NCBI RefSeq assembly: GCF_009914755.1
Contig: NC_060937.1
Strand: one strand, 5' to 3'
Origin: the human T2T-CHM13v2.0 reference genome, Homo sapiens
DNA length: 64,000 nt
Under the pieces are notes generated by a model. It did not search any database, was not told where the DNA came from, and was given only the letters and a program-made list of their open reading frames with translations. The number at the start of each line of letters is the position of its first letter. Position 1 is the stretch's first letter. Below are positions 46,830 to 60,361 of this stretch, one piece after another. A program made the translations under genes and the position numbers.

Positions 46830-47600
46830 ATCAAAAAGCATTTAATGAGAACCTTTTCTATACCAGGTACGGCATGAAGGGTTGGTAAAGTTATGTTCCG
46901 TACCCCCAAATAGCTCATATACTAGTAGAAAAAATTAAAAATAAAAATAAATGACAAGGCATTGTGCTTAGGACTATGTAAGAGGTAAGTAAAATGTGAT
47001 ATGAAAGCAAGAAGAAGGATGAACACTTAAACAGAAGTTATAATGAGAGACATGGCTTCTCAGATACCTGACTGCAAAGTACCAAGCTGAACGAGAGTTG
47101 GGGTTGATTGATGCAGAAAAACATTACAGGAAGTTCAAAGTCCTAGAGTCAAGATAAAAAAAATAGATATATCATTATTTCGGTATGGCTGGATGATAGA
47201 GGATAAAGATGAGAAGGATAAAAAAAAGCGCTAGATTTTGAAGCAGAAAATGCCTGTTTACCCCATAAAACAGTTTTGCTTTGGACCTGAACATAGAGGA
47301 AATTTTGGAATGCCTTTAAGCATGGACAAGACTTATTGTATGTGAAATTTACACACACAGGTCATACACAGGCAAAGTAAAAACTTCATTTTAGAGGAGT
47401 CGTGAGGCTGTGACAGTAGTCCAAGAGAAAAATTATGAGGGCCTGAACTAAAATCGTGAGTGCAGAATAGACTGGAAAAGATCAATTTAAGAGATTTAGG
47501 AAGTAAAATCTATAGAATTCTATAAATGCATATGAGTGGGATAGAACAATATACAGTTAGTATAATTTCAGGGAGTATCGTAGAAAAGGTAAAAGTTTTA
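46830..47600 (-). mobile_element. L2 fragment
   Basis: 'aagcatttaatgagaacc..ctataccaggtac...gaggctgtgacagtagtccaagag..attatgagggcctgaacta'. Confidence 0.7.
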
Positions 47601-47874
47601 GAATCAGCCAGTATTGGAAGAGAATGAATTCTAGATTTATCTTTAGTCTCCTCAGCTGCATGTCTTTGGGCAAAGGAATAAGTTAGACCCATTTGGACGA
47701 AGAATACTAAAATCCTGGTTCACTTTTATTTGAAGGTCAGAGGCTCTGGGATAGCTTATCTCCAGGGTTCAATCTCATCACAGACTCAAAGTCCCTGCAT
47801 CTTCTACAGTTATCCTAAAGACTGCTTTCCTTCAGAGATCTAAGATCACTGGGACAACTTCAAAAGATATATCT

Positions 47875-48090
47875 AAATGGGTACACATGGACATATAGTG
47901 AAAAAATGGACATTTGAGACTCCAAAACATAGGAGGGTGGGAGGGAAATGAGGGTTGAAAAATTACCTATTGGGTACAATGTTCACTGTTTGGGTAATGG
48001 GTACACTAAAAGCTCAGACTTCACTACTACACAATATATCTATGTGACAAAACTGCACTTTTACCCCCTAAATCTATGAAAACAATAAAG
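47875..48090 (+). mobile_element. L1PB-type 3' end
   Basis: 'gagggttgaaaaattacctattgggtacaatgttcact...aaaagctcagacttcactact'. Confidence 0.88.
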
Positions 48091-49080
48091 AAGTTGTTCT
48101 ATTCCTGGTGTTTAGTCTTAGGAATCCAGAGTCCTGACTGTCCCCCACCAACCCCCTTCTTCTGCATACCTCCTATTATACTGAGATGACCTGGGCCATA
48201 TACCCACCCCTTAATATAATATAATAATTAGGCAAAATGAAATTTAGTAGTGGAGCTGAGCAGAAGGTCAGTCTTTCCTGATTCAAGTGTTAAAAAAAAA
48301 AATCCAGGCTCTGCTCATTAAAGGAAGGGTAATTAATGTTTATGATACAGCCCCTTCTACCATGGGGTAAGAATACAAACCTCGAAAAAGTGTGTGAAAA
48401 TAGGGAGGCAACACTGATTTGTCAAAATAAAGAGATGGGCCAAGATTCTCTGTGTGTATGTGTGTTTAGAGGGGCAAAAATGAGAAGATGAGAAGACAGC
48501 ATAAGATGAAAGATTAAATAAATGTTTTAGAGAATATTTAATGAGAATCAAGCATAACTGTATTCCATTTATCTTCCTCCTCCATTGAGTATTCATTTTA
48601 AAGTATTATGGCATTACTATTTTCTAGGATTATGGCTTTTAAAATCATTTGATTTTCCTCTTTTGTTACTTTCTTCATTATTTGCCTAAAACAGAAGGAA
48701 AACAGCATTTCTGGTTTTTATTCTAAACAGCATAAAGAGGTTTCTAAGAGTGAAGCGGGTCCAAGGGAAACATAACCCTCTTAGATATAGATGTTATTGC
48801 CATTAAATTACTCCTTTAAGTAGATGTACATATAGGAGATACAGTTAATTTCACATGAAGATGGGAAGGACCACTAAGGTAATGAACTTTATTGAAAGTG
48901 CTTTTAATGCCATTATACACGTTTGAGAAGCTTTCAGAACAGAGAAGACCACTGAGTTGATAAAAGAAGCATTTAGTTAGCAAATGCCTTCGTGCCTCCC
49001 TGCTCACCGGTATATTTGCTTTAGAAATGAATGTTACATAGTAGATACAGACTTGCTTCTTTAACTCTTTTCAGAAATAA

Positions 49081-49113
49081 AGTGTGTGTATGTGTGTGCG
49101 TGTGTGTGTGTGT
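49081..49113. repeat. Imperfect (GT)n microsatellite
   Basis: gtgtgtgtatgtgtgtgcgtgtgtgtgtgtgt. Confidence 0.9.
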
Positions 49114-49665
49114 TGGAGGGGGTGGTGATCAGTGTCATGAAGTACGCAAGGAATACATTAAGCATGGATATGTGGATTGCATAATTTAAAACTGTCCTGG
49201 GGCATCCTTAAATTATGCATAGGTTTTGTTTTCTTATTTTACGTTTTTAGAGGGAAGATACTTGATTCTGCAATTTCTACACTGTTAGCATTATCTAAAT
49301 CTCTCTCTCCGTTGAATGCTAAGCATCCATAAGAAACCATGCCATCTGCTACTCAGAGTGTTTTCCTAAGATGCTTCCAGGTACTCATCTTTCCTCAAAC
49401 CCTGTTGTTTTGTGAAGACACATCAACTTCCCATCATGTATAGAGCGATTTCGTTAGACCTCACATTTACTTGTGTCAAAACAATGGCATCGACCCATTC
49501 AGCAGCAATTTGGAAGTGTTTTAATAATTTGTTGCTTTATTTTACAGTATTTATTTTGTGTCATCATTTAAAATCAAATAAAGACAGGATTCAGTAATTC
49601 TACTGTTACGTGTGAGTTTCACAGATCCTGAACTTTCTTTCCCTCTTTCCTCATGTTTCAGGGCA

Positions 49666-49683
49666 AGCGCCACCTTCTGTGGC
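49666..49683 (-). promoter_or_regulatory. CTCF-like motif (reverse orientation)
   Basis: Minus strand GCCACAGAAGGTGGCGCT versus core CC(A/G)(C/G)(C/T)AG(A/G)(G/T)GGC(A/G); two mismatches. Confidence 0.45.
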
Positions 49684-50132
49684 TGTGCATACTCTACGCT
49701 ATAACATGAGCTGTAGGTTTTTCAAAGCAAATAACCTTCATTTCACTCACAAACACACTCCAAGCTCGCCCTCCACTTTTGAATAGTGTACAGCTAAAAA
49801 CCGATGGTTAAAGAAGAAAAATAAACTGTGATAATCTGGAAATGAAATTGAATATAGCGATTTTATTTTCTTGGGTCACTTTGTTTTGTAAATCAGCAAT
49901 TCAGAGCGCTGCAATTATTTATCAGCACAGGACATTGTCTTTAGTAGTTTACTGTTTAGAGGTCTGGCTTCATTAAAACATTACTTTTAGGTCACTTTTA
50001 ATTACTATTTTTGAGGACATGGGGTATATGTTTATATTGTGTCCTTTTAATGTGAAGCCAAAGTTTAACAAGTTGATATCCCAAGTCCTACAGACGTTTT
50101 AACATTTTCCAATGATTGCAGCTTTTACTTTA

Positions 50133-50146
50133 CCGCTAGGTGGCAG
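50133..50146 (+). promoter_or_regulatory. CTCF motif (forward orientation)
   Basis: CCGCTAGGTGGCAG matches the core consensus; TGCAG 16 bp upstream resembles the upstream module. Confidence 0.7.
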
Positions 50147-50469
50147 AAGAGTTTTAGTTTCTGGTGCTGCGCTTTCGAAACTTCCACTAAGCACTCAGCT
50201 CATTCCCGCAGCAGCTGAGGCTGATATAAATGTATAAACAAGCAGAAGCTATATATGAGACACACCACCATCATTAAAGCATAAAGCAACAACTTTAAGC
50301 CAAGTTCTCGGCTTCCGATGGTCTGGTGAAACCAATGCTTTGCTGATGGGCTGAAGTAGAGGAAGGAATCCTGAAAAAAATGACCGTTTCCTGAGGTTAG
50401 GCTTTGTATGTGTGTTTCTGTGCCATTGTCCAGGACTAGTGCGTCCAAGGGAGACAGCTGGCAACTCAC

Positions 50470-50539
50470 ATATCCATTGCTGCTTGGAAGGATTTCTAAT
50501 GTTTCCACCTGACTCTGCTATGGGCATCGTTGCCTGAAC
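50470..50539 (-). other. Putative 70-nt exon, possibly carrying a start codon (ATG GAT AT)
   Basis: TTGAC branch-like site, ctttattgctcctcttcctacaag| acceptor, GATAT|gtgagt donor, gcaATGG strong Kozak context. Confidence 0.6.
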
Positions 50540-51052
50540 CTTGTAGGAAGAGGAGCAATAAAGCAACATAAAGTCAAAGAGCAGCTAAACATGGAAATGC
50601 TAAATTTGTTAGATTGAAAAGCATACAGCTTGAGGATTCTTAACAGTGAGAGGTTAGATACAGAGTTAAGTAGGAGTAGAATTTGAAAGCAAAACATTGT
50701 ATTTGTATATAGAAATATTTGCTAAGTTGATATCCAGGCCGTCACCCAGAATATATGAGTTTTTGCAACATATGGAATATTAACAGTAAAGTCAGGGCGA
50801 TTCTTTGGTCAAGCACAAAGAAAGGTACTTGCATTTATAGAGTATATTTTATGAGTTGTGGAGAGGGGATTTTTTTTTTTAATCAGACCAACCATTGTAT
50901 TTCAGAATAAATAAAACCTCTCCACTTAGGAAAGCACAAGAGGTATAAAAAGAAAGGAAAAAGTGTGTGCTCCCATAGGTAGGGGAGAGGCACAGCAGCT
51001 GCCTTCTTCTGGAAAGGCAATAATCCGTAGGTTGTATTCTAAGTTGACCCAC

Positions 51053-51400
51053 CTACATCTGCCATCGCAGCCGGCACCTGGTGCAGGATGAATGACATGC
51101 AATACTCCCCAAATGTCACTGTCCAGCCGTGTCCACCAATTAAAACTAATAAACATTCCTCCCCATGCTGAAGATGTGCCGCCAGCCCAGCGAGCTGCAG
51201 GGCCGGCGATGGCAGAGCATAATAACTGCAGTAGCAGCAGCAGCAGCCAGAGCCCTGGGCAGCAGGTGCACTTGGCCGGGAACAGGGAAGGGCACAGTGT
51301 GGCGCTGGCATTGCCTGCTCACATATTATGCAGGCAGAGCTGAGTTGTTTACAAATTGATAGCAGAGGGGATTTGGTTGGAGAGGGAGCAGAGCACAAAC
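51053..51400 (-). promoter_or_regulatory. Putative non-CpG-island promoter and first exon (5' limit uncertain)
   Basis: Repeat-free, GC- and CpG-elevated island; short CTG run; FOX (TGTTTAC ~51346), GATA-like and E-box motifs; donor TAG|gtgggt at 51053/51052. Confidence 0.55.
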
Positions 51401-52446
51401 ACACTGTACTCAGTGCTCAGAGAAACCTGAGAGGGGTCCTGTGCTGGCTGCTTGGGTGCCAGTCACCCTAGAAAAAGTCCTCTTTCTGCCCCCCTCACTG
51501 CACACCTTAGCAGGTAGTACAGGCTCAGTTGCACAGGCAGGCAAGTACACCTGCCAAAAAACTGAAGGATTTTCAGTGTTGAGAACCAGAAAGCTTCTTT
51601 CTTTCTCACTAAATGTGCCTCTTCCAGGTCATATGGACATGCAAGATCCATCTGGATATAGCTTGATAATTGGAATACAGAAAAGATGCAAAATTTAAGA
51701 AAGGTCTTAAATGGGAAAAAAATAAACCTTCAGGAAGGAAAGGAGCTTGAAGTTAGGTCTCGGTATCTACTGGGAGTTAGGGGTTTTAGTCACCCCATTA
51801 TGCTGACTCTGTCTGAAATGAGTCGGAGAGTCCTGGGAGTGTGGAGTGGCTGTGTTGGGGTCAGCACGTGGGGCTCAGTAATGCCAGCGTTGAGGGGGAT
51901 CGAGTGGAGGGAGCAGGATGGAGGATAGAGCTTTCCATGTGCAGTTAATCATGGGTGATGCTCCCACTCAACAGTGGGGCATCATGGGTGAGTTTTTCTC
52001 AGTTTAAGTGTTATTTCTACCAAAGGAAGGAAGGATGTGTCCTTTTTCCACCCTGTCAGCAGTGCAGTAACCTATGTCAGTCTTTGTTTTCACCTCTGCT
52101 GATTTCAACGACACTCTCTGGCAATGTCAGTGCTGTCAGTTTAAAGTCATGTTTCTTCCTGTGAGAGCTGTTTTGAAAAGGGACACCTGAAGGTGTCATT
52201 TTCCTGTGGTTAATTAACCTTGAGACCAGAAGCACACCAGCCAGGCCCTTAATTACATTTGTGTGTAACCCTGCAACCACAGGGTGATGAGGGGCCACTT
52301 CCACTGCTGTCATCTCTCGGCCCCACCTGTCTGACCCATAATCTAGGTGATTGTTATACAACGATTTCTGTCCTCGACATGGGTTGTTGTGCATTCTGAG
52401 TTCAGATGGCAGCGTTTTGATTCTCTGAGTGAAACCTTTTGGCAGG

Positions 52447-52858
52447 TGTATTAGGACATTCTTGCATGGCTATAAAGAAGTACCTGAGAATGGGTAATTT
52501 ACAAGAAAAGAGGTTTAGTAGGCTCATGATTCTGCAGGCTGTACAGGAAGAATCACACTGGCATCTGCTTCTGGGGAGGCCTCTAGGAAGCTTACAGTCA
52601 TGGCAGAAGACGAAGTGGGAATAGGCATATCACACAGCAAAGGCAGGAGCCAGAGAGAGAGAGAGGTACCACACTTCTAAACTGCCAGATCTAGCAAGAA
52701 GTCACTATCACAGGGACGGCACCAAGGGGAAGGTGCTAAACCATTCATGAGAAATCCACCCCCATGATCCAATTACCTCCCACCAGGCCCTACCTCCAAT
52801 ACTGGGGATTACAATTCAACATGAGATTTGGGTGAGGACACATATCCAAACTATATCA
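52447..52858 (-). mobile_element. MST (MSTA/B) solo LTR
   Basis: tgtattag...ctatatca termini; perfect 5-bp TSD GCAGG. Confidence 0.93.
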
Positions 52859-53555
52859 GCAGGTACATGCAAATTCTTACAGTTGAAGAATTTCTTTAAC
52901 AATTAAAAAAAAATCAAAGCTAATTTGCCTCTCTCTTCCATGGTTGCTTGACCAAAAACTGGAAAAATACACATTTGTAACTGTGGTGGTAGAAAGCAGT
53001 GCTGCCACTCCTTTTATCCTTTCTAAAATTGAGCCAATTCCCTAATTGATACCCCAGCCTCTCCCTGTTCCACAATCCGGGTGAACATAGCTAAATCTTT
53101 TTTCACAGTGTTAGCTGCCAAAAAAACATTGGATTCTAGCATACTGGGTCTTGAGCAACAGGGATAAAGTGGCTTGAGGCAGGGATCAGGATGGTGTGGA
53201 GGAAATAGGGAAGACAGTGGCAGGTGGTTGTGTTGTCAAATCAGAAAACGTGGTAAAGAAGAGGAAGGAAGCGAAAGCTGAAGATAAGCAAGAGATGATG
53301 GCCTGGAAGTTCAAAATATAAGCAGGGAACATTAATCCAGTCTAATGATCTGTAGAGCTGGATCCAAGCTAAGGTTTTAGATCACAAGAAGCCGGGAACG
53401 TGAGCCAAGGACACACACACAATGGTTGGTTGGAATCTGAATACATGGACTAAGGAAGTAAAGTGTGAAGCAGAAAAAATCAGCAATGGACACTGCCATA
53501 TCCAAGTGACTGCTCTCCTTATGTTCTTCTCTGTCAACTTAAAACAGGTTCATTA

Positions 53556-53900
<345 letters not shown>

Positions 53901-54014
53901 GAAAGGAAAAATAATTTTACACTTGCTACAAGAGTGGAAAATAGAAAAGGATTAACAAAAATTAAGTCTGCCTAGTACAAACTAATCTGATTTTGGATTT
54001 TCCTGTGTAACATT

Positions 54015-54200
54015 GCCACCAGATTTGTATTAATTTTCTGCTTAAATACATCCAGTGACAGGCTCCTTTCCAGTTATTGGTAGTTTCTGAATATTGACAG
54101 TGCTTCCTCATGTTTATTCCAATATAGCCTCCAAAGAGCTTCCACTCACAGGCCTTTGATTTGATTCTGAAACTATGTAAAGCAAGTCTATCATGCCATC
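54015..54200 (-). mobile_element. CR1/L3 3' fragment
   Basis: 'tctgcttaaatacatccagtgac...ttccagttattggtag...gcctccaaagagcttccactca' resembles antisense L3. Confidence 0.55.
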
Positions 54201-54212
54201 ATATTTAAAATA

Positions 54213-54538
54213 CAGTCTTCCCTCTCAGTATCTATGGGGGATTGGTCCCCTGACCCTCACGGGTAGCAAAATCCATGGGTATTCAAATACCTTATGTAAA
54301 ATGGCATGATATTTGCATATAACCTACACATATCCTCCTATATACTTTGAATCATTTCTAGATTATGTATAATGTGTAATACAGGGCTCAAACATCACTT
54401 CATTCTAATGAATTCAACATAACTCTCAGCCCAGGAAAAATTTAAGTTTTGCTTTTTGGAACTTTATGTAATTTTTTTTTCAATCTGTAGTTAGTTGAAT
54501 CCATGAATGTGGAACCCATGTGTATAGAAGGCCAACCA
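54213..54538 (+). mobile_element. MER2 (Tigger-family MITE)
   Basis: TA then 'cagtcttccctctcagtatctatgggggattgg...atttgcatataacctac'. Confidence 0.85.
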
Positions 54539-57500
54539 TGATTAAAAAGAGGGTTCATGGCCTTTTTTTTTTCTGAATGGAAAACCCACAAAAGCAAAAT
54601 ATTACCTTTAAAAGTTTTATTTTTAATTCTTATGAATATGTAATAGTTGTACGTATTTATGATACGTACATAATATTGTGTAATATTGTGATACAAGCAT
54701 AGAGTATGTAATGATCAAATCTAGTGATATCCATCACCTCAAACATTTATTGTAGCCCATTATTTAACTCATTAAATACCTCATAAATGCCACGCAGTTT
54801 TCCAAACTGTAGAAATACCAGAAGGAATAAGATGAGATCTTGATTGTCTTGCCATCTGTATTCTTGCTCTGGAGATAGGAATATGTGTATTTCTCATGGT
54901 GTGGAATCATCAAAAGCTATGAATAAGTTGTGTAGGAAGTTCTGGGAGGACACAGAGAAGGGCGAGACTAACTCTGGCTTATGTTTAAGGAAGGAGTCAA
55001 ACCTTGGAGGATAAGCAGGACTTCGGTAAGCCTAATGGTGGAGAGTTTCAATATCTTGGGTTTGCAGAGAGAGAGAGAAGAGAAATGCCTCCTTTCCTTG
55101 TGTAGAAACTTAAAAACAGTTCCCAGATCTCTTCTTAAACACATCAACACTGTGAGCACCAGGGTTCTCCAAGGGTGCTTTAGCTGATTCTTCACTTCTT
55201 TTGACTTTTGAAATATATTTAAAGAGGAGAAGTTTGCGGTTGGCTATCTGGCATAAAATAGGGTTTACTAGCTCTTAAGTCAGTAACATTAGCTCTGTTT
55301 TAAGAGAAAATCTAGGAGGAAGACAGAGAGGTTTCGTATATGTTTTCTGGTTTTCCTTGTTTTTGACTCTGGTTTGATGGAGCTGAAATTAGAGAGTAAA
55401 ATAAATTTATTAAGATTTTTAGTTCTACATTTTTAAAAATGGGGGTCAAATCTTAGATATCTTTTTTTCCTGTTGCATCTAGGAAATTGTGCATAAGACA
55501 GTTAACAAAAACATGTGTTGAAAGTATGCCTGTTTTAGTGTAATGGCAAAGTTAATGCTATCATACCTCTTTTATGAATTGAATTGGCTTTCCATAAAAT
55601 TGTAGTTTTTATTATATGTATTATTACTATACAACACAGATTCTGCTCTCACATGCTTTTGTGATGTAACCTTCAAATCTACCCCTCTCTGTGATGCAAA
55701 TGGATCATGGAGAGATAGTGATGCTGGTTAATTTAAAGAGTATAGGATGTTAAACTGCACATGGTTTATCTATCCCAAGGAAATTCAAGAGTCATAAATC
55801 ACCATGGTGACATAGCATGTTATATTTTATCCTTAGGGGGATAAAATACTGCAAACCTTTTCTAATGATTTACACATTTCCCAAATGAATTTTCATATTG
55901 ACACAACTTGGGCCACAGCAGGGAATAATTGTTCCCAACAGTTCCTAGAACAGAGGGGGAGTCATATGCTAAAATCATGCCCTGATAGCTCAAAGCATGT
56001 TTACTGTACTGTCGACCTTTGTCTTGTTTAATAGTTGTAAAAGAGAAATACCATCCATACCCCCAGGGATTCCGACTAAAACAAGATTTCCTTTTATAAT
56101 GAGATGATGCAGTTAACAACATTTGGAACAATCTAGTAATATGTGCTTTTATAACACTTCTAATCCAATCATCCTCAGGTTCTTAAACATTAAAATTGCA
56201 TTAAGTCCGGAAACAAACATCAGAGATCCTCTGAGCATCAGATCACAGTAGCTCCATTTCGAAGACAGCAAAGAGGAGGAAACATGCCTCTCAAAAACGC
56301 AGTCCTGTATCTTCCAGTTCTTTCCTCCAAATACACTTAGAACTTTGCCATAACAGTTTTCAAGTGATATAAGCATAGCAATCACAATGAAAAATTTTCA
56401 ATGTTTAGAAATTCAAGCAGATCTCAAAAAAGCATCTCACTGAAAAATTAGATCACAGTTGAGAGAGAGAGCTTCTTCAATTTATTATTGTTAATTATTA
56501 AAGTTAAATAATTCTGTACCAGACACTGAATGCTATAAAAAGCAGGGAAGTCCTTCCTATGAAAAATGTTGCAGATTTTTAAAAATAGTCCTGAATATTT
56601 GTTTTAAAGAGGAGACGTGAATGAATGATTGTCTACAAACCAAATCCCACAGCCTTAAGTAATCGCAGTGGTCCACAGATACTGCTTCACCTGTAGCTGA
56701 TATACAGTTGTTTCATGGCAACTCTTGGAATTATTCTACCTCTTTAATAATGCAAGGTCCTCTTGGGACCTAATTTCTGCCTTAAAGAATTCATAATGCA
56801 TGCTTTGTATTAAGTGAACAATTTTAATGAGAAAACCGTATCTATTTGACTGGGGAATAACTGTTGATTCGATTTGAATGTTATTTTGAATGAACTAGCA
56901 TGGGATTAACAAGATTTTACTATATTGTTTTCCCATTTATATCCCAGCCTTATTTTTGGTCATAATTATTTATTTTACATTATAGTAAGTTGAGAAAGTG
57001 ACAAGGAACTGAGAGAATGGGCTTTAATTAGAGTAAATGATAGAAAATGTACAGAGGAGAATAATTAAAGAGAATAAATAACATACAAGCATGAACCTGT
57101 TTAATTGGGTGTCTTTTCAATTCTTTCTAACCTTGAGATTCTGTGGATAATAGCTATGTAGCAGGTCTACTCCTCAATATGGAAAAACAACAAGGTCCTC
57201 ATAGCATTGATCCGCCCTTCTTTGAATCATTTATCAGCCAAAACTTTACATTTACTTGTGAGACTATTGGAATAATGGTGTAACTACAGTAATAAATAGA
57301 AAATGTAGAGAATGCATAATGAAAAACTGAGTAATACATTAGTACAAATAGAGTATAAAATCACATGAGAACAGATATGTGCTTTTGTGTATCTAAGACT
57401 ATGCTTCTTACATAGTTGGTACTCAATAAATATTTGTTGAATGAATAGTGGGCAAAAGGTAAACAGTATCAAAGGAAGCATAGATAATATGATTAAATTA

Positions 57501-57554
57501 TAATTACTAAGTACTATCAGATGAAGAGTGACCATGTGAAGATACTAGCCAAAG

Positions 57555-57665
57555 TGTTTTATATATATTTTATATGTAGTGTTTTATATATAATTTATAT
57601 ATAATATATATGACACTATATATAATATATATTATATATAAAACAATATATGTTTATATATATAT
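57555..57665. repeat. AT-rich degenerate (TA)n tract
   Basis: Visible low-complexity TA runs next to an L1 tail. Confidence 0.85.
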
Positions 57666-57669
57666 GATG

Positions 57670-58560
57670 TTTTTTCACTTCTATTAAGGTATGACCCATA
57701 GAATTTATATATATTCATGGTATACAATGTGATATTTTGATATATATATGTATGTATACATCATGAAATGATTAAATCAAGTTAATTAACAAATTCATCA
57801 CCTCAACATACTTATTTTTTTGTGATAAGAACATGTAAGATTTAGTCTCAATGATTTTCAAGTATACGTTATTATCTATAGCCACAATGCTATGCAGTAC
57901 ATCCCCTGAACTTATTTATTATCTCTAACTTAAACTTTTTAGCCTTTCACCAAAATCTCCCCATTTCCTACCCCTTCCTCCTGAAAACCACCATTTTACT
58001 GTCTGCTTTTGTTATTTCAACTTTTTGGATTTCACATATAAGTGAGATCATGAAGTATTTGTCGTTCCATGCCTGGCTTATTTCATTTAACATAATGGTC
58101 TCTAGGTTAGTCCATGTTGCAAATGACAGTAATTCCTTCTTTTTTTACTGCTGCATGGTATTTCATTGTATATGTACATTATGTTTGTTTTCTTTATCCA
58201 CTTATCTACTGATGGATGCTCAGGCTGATTCCATATCTTGTCTATTGTGAATAACAGTGATAAATATGGAAGTACAGGCATCTCTTTGAGATATTAATTT
58301 CATTTGCTTGGTGTATATACTCCTCAGAAGTGAAACTCCTGGATCATATAGTAGCTAAATTATTATTTTTTTGAGGAACCTCCATGTTTTCCATAACGTC
58401 TGTACTAATTTACATTCCCACCAACAGTTATACAAGGGCAGTCTTCTCTCACATCCTTGCCATACATAAAGATTATCTTTTGTCATTTTGGTAATAACCA
58501 TCCTAAAAGGGGATATCTCGCTGTGGTTTTAACTTTTATTTCCCTGATGATTAGTATGTT
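57670..58560 (-). mobile_element. L1MA8/9-like 3' region
   Basis: 'aaatgattaaatcaagttaattaaca..tcatcacctca' UTR and 'gaggaacctccat...aatttacattcccaccaacag'. Confidence 0.85.
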
Positions 58561-60244
58561 GAATATATATTAATTTATAATCCTTACCAAACAGATCCAA
58601 TGAGATAGATTATATTATTATTTCCATTCTATGGATGAAGAGAATGAGGATTAGAGTTGCTTAAGCTCACTTAGGAAAGATTGAATATAAACGTAGGTTT
58701 CCTTAACTCTGAATGTCATACTCTTAACCCTTAAAAGGCACTCCCTATCTCCAAGGCTGTAAAACTTGGTGTTCTCATGATGTCTTCCAAACAAATACTG
58801 AAGGATGAAAAACTGCTTAGTGTTCATCATTTGAGACTGGACATGTTCTGGATGGTGTAGATGTAGGCATTGCTTCTATTTGAGATCAGCCTACCATTGA
58901 AATGCTCTTCTGCCTAGCTCTTGACTTCATAGTTTAATTTATGAGGAGAATGTGGAGACAATTAATTAAAGTGTTTGTGGGGTATTAAAAACCTACACAA
59001 TTAGATTCAGACAGCTATGTTTGCTAAGATATCAGTGTATTCTTCTCTCATACTTATAAGGAATTATAAAAAAAGAAAACATTATTCCTACCAGGATGAT
59101 ATTTACATATCATGTAAAATAAAAAAATAGAAGCATATGGAAAGACTTAACATTTAGAGTACAACTTGCAGATGACCTTTGTCTCACCATCTAGTTTATG
59201 CTTATTGGGGATTTAAATTGTTGCTCACTTCTCAAACTTGATAATTTAAAAATGGAAAATACAGGTTGAAGTTAGGTCTATATTAAATACTAAAACTATT
59301 GTTTGAAAATTGCAAAGGGTAAATCAAAATCTTGATTACTGGAGGTGAAAAAATTCTCTTGTACACATATGTATGAATACATACAGAGTTATTCAGATCC
59401 ATCAAATTCGTATTATTTTAACTATCTGATTTTTAAATAAATTAGATAAAGAAAATATAATACGGTAATGATGTAGGGTGCAGAAGCCCTGGGTTCCTGT
59501 CCTAAGTGTCTTGCTCTGATTCACAATTAAAATGTAATAGTTTTGTATGAATCAATATACACACACAAAAACCTATCTACACTCACATACATATATTCAT
59601 TTATTAAGTATTGTACCCATCTTGCTATGATTCTTAATACTAAACAATACAAATAATGACTAATATCATTTCCAGAGTATTGATTTAAATGACAGTCTTC
59701 CAGATTAATGTCTGTTCCTCTCTATTTTCAGGTCCCAGCAGAAGAAAAAAGCATCCCTCCTACCTCATTTCTCCTTTCGGAGGCTAGCAGGAAATTAAAA
59801 AAGGAAAGGAGTTTCATGCAGTATTTCTTACAGCAAATTTCTCAGAATCCAGAGATACTTCTTTTCTCTGTAATAAGTTGCTGCAGATACAAAGGAACAC
59901 TTATGATTGATGACTATCTCTGTTTGCATGAGCAATAATTCCTGAACACACAGTTCTTGATTAAAATACAAATGCATTTTCAACTGCGTATTTCTTTATC
60001 TGTGTTTTATCCTTACTTGACAAAATGTGAAAAGAATCAAGTAAAGCTGGGCTCTAGTACACTACAGAAGCGAAACTGAAGTAAGGAGACTTAAATGGGG
60101 AGGGACCATCCATTGCTATCCCTCGATCCCCGAGTTCTCTTTTAGGAGTAGGTGAGTGAGCTGAAATCTTGAGGAAGGCAAGAGTGTTTAGGGTGTGCAA
60201 GTGTTCTGTTTCTGAAATTGCCTTTTCAAATACAGATAATACTA

Positions 60245-60361
60245 AAATTAAAACATTTTAAAAGTGATGTTTTATTTAGAAATTAAAACATTTTAGAAGT
60301 GATGTTTTATTTAGAAATTAAAACATTTTTAAAATGATATTTGATTTAGAAAATTCAAAAC
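60245..60361. repeat. Minisatellite, 35-bp unit, ~3.3 copies
   Basis: Unit gaaattaaaacatttta(g/a)aagtgatgttttattta. Confidence 0.9.

Noticed and set aside
49008-49018. Possible 11-nt minus-strand exon (ctaaag|CAAATATACCG|gtgagc)
   Set aside because: Weak pyrimidine tract and not frame-preserving; no further support.
51229-51246. CAG/CTG run as an expansion-type locus
   Set aside because: Only six triplets with an interruption; too short.
50470-51400. Naming the host gene
   Set aside because: The available peptides are too short to recognise reliably; needs a BLAT search.
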